A DNA stretch of 64,000 nt, taken from the NCBI GenBank assembly GCA_965248355.1, contig OZ252098.1:4032001-4096000 (forward strand). The letters are read 5' to 3'. This stretch comes from Candidatus Latescibacterota bacterium (GTDB lineage Bacteria > Latescibacterota > UBA2968 > UBA8231). Numbering within the stretch: the stretch's first letter is position 1; each line of letters opens with the position of its first letter. The position numbers and the translations under genes are program-made. This document shows positions 28,453 through 35,934 of this stretch, piece after piece. Below the pieces are notes generated by a model. The model saw only the letters and a program-made list of their open reading frames with translations. It did not search any database and was not told where the DNA came from.

Positions 28453-29394
28453 ATGAGAACAGAGCGCCGGAATTTCGCTCGCACGGCTGCGGCCGCCGGC
28501 CTCACGGTCCTGGTGGCCGCCCTCGCCGGACTGGCCTGCGGCGATCCCGACCCCGAGCCGCAGATCCAGCTCCTGCGCAGCCTGCAGCCCGAGATCCGCG
28601 AGAAGGCCGCGGGCAAGCTCCTGCTCTACGGCGAGCGCGTCGTGCCTCGTCTCATCCAGGAGTCCGAGTCCGAGTACACCCGGGTGCGCTTCGAGGTGGC
28701 CCGCCTCCTCGGCCGCCTGCGCGACCCCCGGGCCGCCGACGCTCTCGTCCGCCTCCTCGACGACAACTCCTTCAACGTCGCCTCGTACGCCGCCTGGGGC
28801 CTGGGCGAGTTGCGGGCCAAGAAGGCCCTGCCCGTGCTCCTGCGGTTCACGGAGACGCCGGCCAAGACCTTCCGCCAGCAGGTCGTGCAGGCCGTCGGCT
28901 CCTGCTACGACGACACCCTCCACGCCGCCTTGGGCGACTCCGTGCGCCGGGTGATCGAGCGCGCCTTCCACGATCCCGTCCCCGGCGTCCGCATCGCCGC
29001 TCTCGGCAGCGCCCGCCACCTCGGCTACGCCGGCATGGTGGAGGCGCTCATCCGCCTGGCCGGGGACCGCGAGGCCAAGGTCCGCCACGTCGCCGTCCAG
29101 ACCCTCGGACAGGCCGCCATCGGCCGGGCCCCGCGCTCGCCCGGGCCGGCCCCCGCCGCCGAGCGGGCCGCCATCGAGCAGGCCCTGCTGCTGAGTCTGG
29201 AGGACTCCTACCAGAGCATCCGCACCAAGGCGGTGCGCGCCCTCGAGCAGATGGGCCCCCCGCCCGGGGCCGCCCCCGCCCTGCGCCGGCTCGCCGAGGG
29301 CGGCACGGTCGAGGACCGGCGGGAGGCCGGGCGCGTCCTCGAAGCGATCGCCGCCGGGGCCGCGGCACCTGCGGGTACGCAGGTCTCCGGATGA
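28453..29394 (+). CDS. HEAT-repeat lipoprotein
   Basis: Lipobox LAGLAC; repeats VRFEVARLLG, VASYAAWGLG, VRIAAL, VRHVAVQTLG. Confidence 0.85.
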   Translation: MRTERRNFARTAAAAGLTVLVAALAGLACGDPDPEPQIQLLRSLQPEIREKAAGKLLLYGERVVPRLIQESESEYTRVRFEVARLLGRLRDPRAADALVRLLDDNSFNVASYAAWGLGELRAKKALPVLLRFTETPAKTFRQQVVQAVGSCYDDTLHAALGDSVRRVIERAFHDPVPGVRIAALGSARHLGYAGMVEALIRLAGDREAKVRHVAVQTLGQAAIGRAPRSPGPAPAAERAAIEQALLLSLEDSYQSIRTKAVRALEQMGPPPGAAPALRRLAEGGTVEDRREAGRVLEAIAAGAAAPAGTQVSG

Positions 29395-30281
29395 CGGAGT
29401 CCGCCCCCGGCCTGCGCATCGGCTTTCCTTCCGGCAGCCTGCAGCAGGCGACCCTCCGGCTCTTCGACCGCGCCGGCTACCGCATCGACCTGCCCTCCCG
29501 CTCCTACGAGCCCGAGGTCGACGACCCCGAGCTGTCGGGCCTGATGTTCCGCGCCCAGGAGATCGCCCATTATGTTGAACGCGGCGTCGTCGACGTGGGC
29601 ATCACCGGCCACGACCTGGTCCTCGAGTGCGACGCCGATGTCCACGAGATCGGCGAGCTGCGCTACGGCAAGGCCTCCTCCCGGCCCCTGCGCTGGGTCA
29701 TCGCCGTCGCCGAGGACTCTTCCATCCGCTCTTTGGAGGACCTCCGAGGCAAGCGTATCGCCACCGAGCTGCCGGGCGTCACCCGCCGCTTCCTGAGCGA
29801 GCGCGGGATCGACGCCGAGGTCGAGTTCTCCTGGGGCACGACCGAGGTCAAGGCCGGCATCCCGGGGGTGGCCGACGCCGTCGTCGACATCACCGAGACC
29901 GGCTCCTCCCTGCGCGCCAACCGCCTGCGCGTTCTCGAGGTGATGCTGGAGTCCACCACCCGCTTCATCGCCAATCACGGCGCCTGGAGCGACGGCTGGA
30001 AGCGGCGCAAGGCCGAGAACCTCTTCACCCTCCTCGTCGGCGCCCTCGAGGCCGAGTCCAAGGTGGGGCTCAAGATGAACGTCCCCCGCGAGCGCCTGCC
30101 CGAGGTCATGCGGAACCTGCCCGCCCTCCACGCCCCCACCGTCTCCAGCCAGGCCGACGAGGCCTGGGCCGCCGTCGAGATCATCGCCGACGAGATCGTC
30201 GTCCGCGACCTGATCCCCCTCCTCAAGCGCTGCGGCGCCGAGGGCATCATCGAGTACCCCCTCAACAAGGTCGTCTACTGA
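29391..30281 (+). CDS. hisG: ATP phosphoribosyltransferase (long form)
   Basis: FRAQEI, DVGITG, SWGTTEVK, DITETGSSLRANRL, C-terminal regulatory domain. Confidence 0.95.
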   Translation: MTESAPGLRIGFPSGSLQQATLRLFDRAGYRIDLPSRSYEPEVDDPELSGLMFRAQEIAHYVERGVVDVGITGHDLVLECDADVHEIGELRYGKASSRPLRWVIAVAEDSSIRSLEDLRGKRIATELPGVTRRFLSERGIDAEVEFSWGTTEVKAGIPGVADAVVDITETGSSLRANRLRVLEVMLESTTRFIANHGAWSDGWKRRKAENLFTLLVGALEAESKVGLKMNVPRERLPEVMRNLPALHAPTVSSQADEAWAAVEIIADEIVVRDLIPLLKRCGAEGIIEYPLNKVVY

Positions 30282-30292
30282 GGGCGCGGCCT

Positions 30293-31615
30293 GTGCTCGA
30301 CCTCGTCCACTACACCTCCGGCGGTTCGCTGCGGGGCCGGCTGGCCGAGGTCCTCGGCCGGAGCGGCGCCATCCCCGCCGAGATCGAGGAGGCCGTGGCC
30401 GGCATCCTGGCGGCGGTGCGCGACCGCGGCGACGCGGCGGTCGCCGAGTTCACGGCCCGCTTCGACGGCGTGAGTCTGACGCCGGGCCGTTTCCGCGTCC
30501 CGGGCAAGGCCCTGCGGGACGCCCTGAACTCCGCCGACCCCGGGCTCATGGCCGCCATCGGCCGCGCCGCCGCCAACATCCGCGCCTTCCACGAGGCCCA
30601 GAAGGCGGACTCCTGGTTCCGGGAGGACGGCGACGGCGTCGTCCTCGGCCGCCGCATCACCCCCCTGCGCCGCGTCGGCATCTGCGTGCCGGGCGGCGAG
30701 GCGCCGCTCATCTCCAGCCTGCTCATGGCCGCCGTTCCCGCCCAGGTGGCGGGCGTCGACGAGATCTGCGTCGTCACCCCGCCCCTCCCCTCGGGCCGGC
30801 CCCACCCCGGCCTGCTGGCCGCCGCCGGCTTCCTCGGCCTCACCGAGGTCTACGGCATCGGCGGCGCCCAGGCGGTGGCCGCCCTCGCGTACGGCACCGG
30901 CACCGTGCCCGCCGTCGACAAGATCGTCGGCCCCGGCGGCCCGTACACGGTCGCCGCCAAGCGCCAGGTCTACGGGATCGTCGGCATCGAGATGGTCCCC
31001 GGCCCCTCCGAGATCGCCGTCCTCGCCGACGAGAGCGCCGACCCCGTCTTCATCGCCGCCGACCTGCTCTCCCAGGCCGAGCACGGCTCCGGCTTCGAAG
31101 CCGTCGTCTGCATCACCACTTGCGAAAAGCTGGCCGCCGCCGTGCGGGACGAGGTGGAGCGCCAGATGGCGGACCTGCCCCGCGCCGAGGCCGCCGGCCG
31201 CGCCCTGTCGCGCTTCGGCGTCGTCGTCACCGTGCCGGACCTGGAGACCGGCGTCGAGCTGGTCAACCGCCTCGCCCCCGAGCACCTGGAGCTGCTCGTG
31301 GCCGAGCCCTGGACCTGGCTCGAGCGTGTCCGCCACGCCGGCGCCGTCTTCCTCGGCGAGGCCTCCACCGAGCCCGTGGGCGACTACTACGCCGGCACCA
31401 ACGCCGTCCTGCCCACCAACGGCGCCGCCCGGTTCGCCTCCGCCCTCGGGCTGAGCGACTTCGTCAAGGCCACCAGCGTCGTCGCGTACACGCCCGATCG
31501 CCTGCGCGAATCCGCCGCCGACGTGACCCTCCTGGCGCGCGCCGAGGGCTTCGAGGCCCACGCCCGCGCCGTCGAGGTCCGTCTCGAAGCCTGGAGCCGG
31601 GAGGGATCCCCATGA
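30293..31615 (+). CDS. hisD: Histidinol dehydrogenase
   Basis: [50 protein letters not shown]. Confidence 0.95.
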   Translation: MLDLVHYTSGGSLRGRLAEVLGRSGAIPAEIEEAVAGILAAVRDRGDAAVAEFTARFDGVSLTPGRFRVPGKALRDALNSADPGLMAAIGRAAANIRAFHEAQKADSWFREDGDGVVLGRRITPLRRVGICVPGGEAPLISSLLMAAVPAQVAGVDEICVVTPPLPSGRPHPGLLAAAGFLGLTEVYGIGGAQAVAALAYGTGTVPAVDKIVGPGGPYTVAAKRQVYGIVGIEMVPGPSEIAVLADESADPVFIAADLLSQAEHGSGFEAVVCITTCEKLAAAVRDEVERQMADLPRAEAAGRALSRFGVVVTVPDLETGVELVNRLAPEHLELLVAEPWTWLERVRHAGAVFLGEASTEPVGDYYAGTNAVLPTNGAARFASALGLSDFVKATSVVAYTPDRLRESAADVTLLARAEGFEAHARAVEVRLEAWSREGSP

Positions 31616-32205
31616 CCGACGTCCGCCGGGCCCGCGTCGAGCGCCGCACCTCCGAGACCGAGATCGACCTCACCCTCGTCCTCGACGGCTCCGGCCGCTG
31701 CGAGGTCGGCACCGGCGTCGGCTTCTTCGACCACATGCTCCACGCCTTCGCCCGCCACGGCCTCTTCGACCTCACCCTCACCTGCCGCGGCGATCTCGAC
31801 GTCGACGCCCACCACAGCGTCGAGGACGTGGGCATCTGCCTGGGGCAGGCCCTGGCCGAGGCCCTCGGCGACAAGGCCGGCATCCAGCGCTTCGGCCACG
31901 CCTACGTCCCCATGGACGACGCCCTCGCCCGGGCCGTGGTCGACCTCTCCGGGCGCTCCTACCTGGCCCTCAACGCCGCCTTCCGGGACGGCTCGGTGGG
32001 CGGCCTGCCCGTGGCCCTCGTACCCGAGTTCCTGCGCGCCTTCGCCGATCACGGGCGCCTCAACCTGCACGTGGACCTGCTGCGCGGCGCCGACGACCAC
32101 CACGGCATCGAGGCCATCTTCAAGGCCCTGGGCCGCGCCCTCGACATGGCCACCCTGCGCTCCGATCGCGTCTCCGGCGTGCCGTCCACCAAGGGCACCC
32201 TATAG
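31612..32205 (+). CDS. hisB: Imidazoleglycerol-phosphate dehydratase
   Basis: TGVGFFDHML, DAHHSVED, PMDDAL, DDHHGIE, PSTKGTL. Confidence 0.95.
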   Translation: MTDVRRARVERRTSETEIDLTLVLDGSGRCEVGTGVGFFDHMLHAFARHGLFDLTLTCRGDLDVDAHHSVEDVGICLGQALAEALGDKAGIQRFGHAYVPMDDALARAVVDLSGRSYLALNAAFRDGSVGGLPVALVPEFLRAFADHGRLNLHVDLLRGADDHHGIEAIFKALGRALDMATLRSDRVSGVPSTKGTL

Positions 32206-32229
32206 AGCCATTCATTTAGGACCATCGTA

Positions 32230-32436
32230 ATGACCCAATGGATGAAGGACCGGCTGGAGCGCAAGCGCGAAGAGGTTCGGCAGCAGGCCTTGCTGGAGGG
32301 TCGCCAAGAGGGTCGCCAAGAGGGCCGTGAGGAGGGCCGGCAGGAGGCCTGCCGGGAGGCCAACGCCTGGGCGAGGAAGCAGAGACTGAATCCGCCGTTC
32401 CCGGATCTGGAAGAGGATTCCTCCGGCGACCGATAG
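32230..32436 (+). CDS. 68-aa EGRQ-repeat protein (stand-alone copy of the C-terminal domain of 32596-33084)
   Basis: MTQWMKDRLERKREE..EGRQEGRQEGREEGRQ; AGGA 8 nt upstream; intact frame. Confidence 0.65.
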   Translation: MTQWMKDRLERKREEVRQQALLEGRQEGRQEGREEGRQEACREANAWARKQRLNPPFPDLEEDSSGDR

Positions 32437-32547
32437 GGGGTCCGCCGCGCCACGCGGCGGGCGGCTCATTCATTTCCGACGAGGCCTCCATGGCCAGGCA
32501 GGACCGCAGGCGCGACCCCCGCTGCAAGGCGATCTCCTGGCCATTCA

Positions 32548-32576
32548 TTGCGGGAATGATGCCCCGGGAGTATCAT
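32548..32576 (+). promoter_or_regulatory. Sigma70 promoter of the 2-TM EGRQ gene, overlapped by an inverted repeat
   Basis: TTGCGG (32548-32553), 17 bp, TATCAT (32571-32576); ATGATGC..GTATCAT dyad. Confidence 0.6.
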
Positions 32577-32595
32577 CGGCCATGGAGCCTTTCTG

Positions 32596-33084
32596 ATGGA
32601 GCCGGAATCCGGGGGAAGAGTCGGGATATGGTCCATTGTCGAGGACAAGCGGGTCTGGTTCGTGACCGGATTTCTGGTCATCGATCTCTACGGGTCTGGA
32701 CTGGTAGTTTGGTCTGAGGTGACCGAGGGAAAAGGTCTTGTCGATACTTCCCTGGGCATCATTCGGGGTCTGGGGCAGGTCGTCATCGCAGCCGTCTGCA
32801 TACCTTTTGCCATCCTTCAAGGAGTGGATATGACCGGCGTAATGACCCAATGGATGAAGGACCGGCTGGAGCGCAAGCGCGAAGAGGTTCGGCAGCAGGC
32901 CTTGCTGGAGGGCCGCCAAGAGGGCCGGCAAGAGGGTCGCCAAGAGGGCCGGCAAGAGGGTCGCCAAGAGGGCCGTGAGGAGGGCCGCTTGGAGGCCTGC
33001 CGGGAGGCCAACGCCTGGGCGAGGAAGCAGGGACTGAATCCGCCGTTCCCGGATCTGGAGGACGATCCCTCCGCCGGCCGATAG
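32596..33084 (+). CDS. Two-TM membrane protein with Rpn-like EGRQ-repeat C-terminal domain and internal start
   Basis: Two hydrophobic segments, then AAGGAG (32819-32824) and in-frame ATG at 32830 and 32842; seven 12-bp repeats at 32908-32991. Confidence 0.75.
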   Translation: MEPESGGRVGIWSIVEDKRVWFVTGFLVIDLYGSGLVVWSEVTEGKGLVDTSLGIIRGLGQVVIAAVCIPFAILQGVDMTGVMTQWMKDRLERKREEVRQQALLEGRQEGRQEGRQEGRQEGRQEGREEGRLEACREANAWARKQGLNPPFPDLEDDPSAGR

Positions 33085-33109
33085 CAGGGTTCCGCGCGCG
33101 CCCTCGAAG

Positions 33110-33144
33110 GCCGCCCGCCGCAACATGCGGTGGGCGGCTTCTTT
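33110..33144 (+). terminator. Rho-independent terminator
   Basis: GCCGCCCGCCGCA-ACA-TGCGGTGGGCGGC followed by TTCTTT. Confidence 0.8.
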
Positions 33145-33190
33145 GTGCTCCGCATCCTTCCCGCGCGCCACCCGCTCGACGAGGCACTCC

Positions 33191-35776
33191 ATGGCCAAGC
33201 AGGACCACAGGCGCGACCAGCGGCGCAAGGCGCCCCCCCCGCCGCCGGCTTCCGCCTCTCCCGCGCCGGCCCCCGCGCCACCCACCGCTCCCGCCCCGAT
33301 GTCCGGCCTCCGCACCTGGATCAGCCGCCCCTGGTTCGCCCCCGCCCTCTTCGCCCTGGTGGCCCTCGTCTACTTCTGGGAGTTCCCCTTCAGCGGCAAG
33401 GTCATCTTCGGCCACGACGTGGGGCTGGACTTCCACCGCGGCAAGGCGCCGGTCCTGGAGAAGCTGCGCGACCTCGTGCCCGCGGCCTGGTCCCCCATCA
33501 TGGGCGGCTACCCCGTCTCCGAGGAGATCCGCCACAAGTTCTTCCCCACCTACCTCATCGAGCTGTTCACCACCCACCAGCGCGCCGTGGGCTGGCGCTA
33601 CCTGCTGGTCGTCTTCGCCGCCGGCTACGGCATGTTCCTCTACCTGCGCCGCATCCGCGTCCACCGCTGGGCCGCCCTCTGGGGCGGCCTCGCCTTCCTC
33701 TCGGCTCCGACCTTCCTCAGCTTCCCCGAGGCCGGCCATTACGCCAAGATGACGGTCATCGCCCTCTTCCCCTTCCTCTGCCTCTGCGTGGAGCGCGGCA
33801 TGGATGGGGGCCGGCAGGCCCTGGGCTCGTGGGCCGCCCTCGCCGTCCTCATCGCCCTCGGCGTGTTTTCCCCCCACTTGCAGATGCTCCAGTACGCCCT
33901 CCTGGGCACGGGCTTCTACTTCCTTTACAAGCTCGTCCACCTGCGCCTGCGCGGCATGACCTTCCCCCGCCTCGGCGAGCGCGCCACCCTCTTCGGCCTC
34001 GCCGCCGCCCTCGGACTCGGCCTCGCCGCCGAGGGCGTCTACCCTCCCTACCTGCACGTCAAGACCCAGTCCAAGCGCGCTGCCGTCCACGACGGCACCG
34101 GCCGCACGCCCGAGGAGCAGCTCGCCCACGCCCGCAGCTGGTCCCTGCACCCGGAGGAGATGGCCTCCCTCGTCGTCCCCGAGTTCGGCGGCTTCAACGA
34201 CCCCACCGACGGCTCTCACCGCTACTGGGGCCGCAACCCCCTCAAGCTCAACTCCGAGTACTTCGGCATCCTCGTCCTCCTCCTCGCCTTGGCCGCGGTG
34301 CCGGGCGCCAGGGCCAGCCCTCTCGCGCTCTTCCTCTGCCTGCTCTTTGCCGTCGCCGCCGCCTTCACCCTCGGCGGCCACACCCCCGTCCACTGGCTCG
34401 CCTACCACCTGCTGCCCGGGGGCAAGGAGCTGCGCACCATCGGTATGGCCGCTTTCCTCTTCGCCTTTCCCGCCGTGGTCCTCGCCTCCCTCACCCTGGG
34501 CCGCGTCCTGCGGCCCGATGGCGACGCCCGCCGTCTCTCGCGCCGCATCCTGATCGCCGGCGCTGTCCTCACCGGCCTCTGCCTCGTCCTGGCCCTGGCG
34601 CCGCGCCTGGTCACGGAAGCCTGGACCGCCCTCCTCTGGTCCGACGCCCCGGAGTTCCGCCGCCGGGCCATGGCCGCCTCCGCTCCCTGGCTCGCCCGCG
34701 GGGCCCTCATCGGCGCCGCCCTCTGCGCCGCCGGCACCGCCCTCCTGCTGCTGCGCCTGCGGGGCCGCGTGGGCGCCGGCCTCCTCGTCCTCGGTCTGTC
34801 CGCCCTCACCGTGGCCGACACCTGGCGCATCGACCGCCTCTTTCTGCGCTACAAAGATCCGGCCCTTCACACCGACTTCCGCCAGGCCAACCCGGACGCG
34901 CGCCGCTTCCTAGAGCAGCAGCCCGGCCGCTTTCGCCTCTTCCCCGTGCCCGACTCCGGCTTCCTGAAGGAGGCCCGCTACCACCTGCACGGCGCCGACG
35001 TGGCCACCGGCTTTGCCAACTTCACCCTGCGCCGCTACGACCGCCTGCTGAAAGAGCTGGAGGCCCTGTTGCGCCGCCGTCACGTCGAGGGCCGCGAGGT
35101 GCCCTACACCGACGCCCAGCTGCTCGGCGCCGCCCGCCCGCTCCTCGATCTCATGAGCGCCCGCTTCCTGGTCACCAAGCGCTCCGTCGAGCTGCAAGCC
35201 GAGGGCTTTCCCGAGGTCTTCGCCGGCGCGAACCTGCGGCTCTACGCCAACGAGAGCGCCCTGCCGTGGTACTACTTGGCGCCCCGTGCCGAGGTCCTGC
35301 CCGGGGAGCGGGAGGTCCTGACGGCTCTGCGCGAGGGGCGCTTCGACCTGCGGCGCACCGTCCTGCTGGAGGAGCCAACGCCCATCGACCTGCCCGGCCC
35401 CGCCGCGGACCTGACCCGGGATCAGGTGACCGAGGAGCTCTACGACTACCGAGAGGGAATCGTGCGCCTGCGCGTAGCCGCCGGGGGGCCGCGCCTGCTG
35501 GTGATCGGCGACAACCACCACCCTCACTGGCAGGCCCTCGTCGACGGCCGGCCCGCCCCCCTGCTGCGCGCCAACTACGTCTGGAAGGCGGTGCCCGTGC
35601 CGGCGGGCGAGCACCTGGTGGAGCTGCTCTACCGCTCCCCGCCCGTAGCCCGGGCCCGCGCCGTCAGCGCCGTCTGTGCCGTCCTGGTCCTGGTTGGCGC
35701 GGGTCTGGCCCTGCGGCGGCGGCGGTCCGGATCGGGGCAGGGGCTTGAACCCGGGGGCGAGGTACCTTACCTTTGA
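33191..35776 (+). CDS. YfhO-family polytopic membrane protein (GT-C glycosyltransferase-like)
   Basis: Many TM helices, WSPIMGGYP, C-terminal LVIGDNHHPHWQALVDG..LLRANY..AVPVPAGEHLVELLY. Confidence 0.85.
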   Translation: MAKQDHRRDQRRKAPPPPPASASPAPAPAPPTAPAPMSGLRTWISRPWFAPALFALVALVYFWEFPFSGKVIFGHDVGLDFHRGKAPVLEKLRDLVPAAWSPIMGGYPVSEEIRHKFFPTYLIELFTTHQRAVGWRYLLVVFAAGYGMFLYLRRIRVHRWAALWGGLAFLSAPTFLSFPEAGHYAKMTVIALFPFLCLCVERGMDGGRQALGSWAALAVLIALGVFSPHLQMLQYALLGTGFYFLYKLVHLRLRGMTFPRLGERATLFGLAAALGLGLAAEGVYPPYLHVKTQSKRAAVHDGTGRTPEEQLAHARSWSLHPEEMASLVVPEFGGFNDPTDGSHRYWGRNPLKLNSEYFGILVLLLALAAVPGARASPLALFLCLLFAVAAAFTLGGHTPVHWLAYHLLPGGKELRTIGMAAFLFAFPAVVLASLTLGRVLRPDGDARRLSRRILIAGAVLTGLCLVLALAPRLVTEAWTALLWSDAPEFRRRAMAASAPWLARGALIGAALCAAGTALLLLRLRGRVGAGLLVLGLSALTVADTWRIDRLFLRYKDPALHTDFRQANPDARRFLEQQPGRFRLFPVPDSGFLKEARYHLHGADVATGFANFTLRRYDRLLKELEALLRRRHVEGREVPYTDAQLLGAARPLLDLMSARFLVTKRSVELQAEGFPEVFAGANLRLYANESALPWYYLAPRAEVLPGEREVLTALREGRFDLRRTVLLEEPTPIDLPGPAADLTRDQVTEELYDYREGIVRLRVAAGGPRLLVIGDNHHPHWQALVDGRPAPLLRANYVWKAVPVPAGEHLVELLYRSPPVARARAVSAVCAVLVLVGAGLALRRRRSGSGQGLEPGGEVPYL

Positions 35777-35816
35777 GACTCTTCGGCCGGTCTCCCCCGC
35801 CGGACCAAGAAATCGC

Positions 35817-35846
35817 TTGACACCCCATAGGAGCCGGTGATATTAT
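35817..35846 (+). promoter_or_regulatory. Near-consensus sigma70 promoter with extended -10
   Basis: TTGACA (35817-35822), 18 bp, TG-n-TATTAT (35841-35846). Confidence 0.75.
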
Positions 35847-35934
35847 GGAGCGAATACTCACTGAACCCCCGCATTACGTCGAAACCTTTCTGCAGAAACC
35901 AGGACAGGGACCGGGCTCCCTGAGGAGGAAGAAA

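Larger units (their letters stand above)
32207..33232 (+). repeat. Imperfect tandem duplication (unit 1 about 32207-32539; unit 2 about 32540-33232)
   Basis: Both units begin GCCATTCATT; near-identical block from CGTAATGACCCAA (32226 and 32838) through the stop, homologous hairpin, and the first codons of the yfhO-like gene (MARQDRRRD versus MAKQDHRRD). Confidence 0.9.

Noticed and set aside
32490..32717. 75-aa ORF MARQDRRRD..
   Set aside because: Decayed duplicate of the yfhO start running through the promoter of the next gene; treated as part of the duplication scar.
32296..32991. EGRQ repeats as a CRISPR array or an Rpn/transposase remnant
   Set aside because: 12-bp coding tandem repeats with no spacers; no cas genes and no PD-(D/E)XK or transposase sequence nearby.
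32207..33232. Duplicated block as a DGR template/variable repeat pair
   Set aside because: No reverse transcriptase in the window, and differences are not confined to adenines.
35845..35934. ORF-track start at 35845 for the large secreted protein
   Set aside because: Overlaps the -10 box; ATG 35935 has the RBS and begins the signal peptide.
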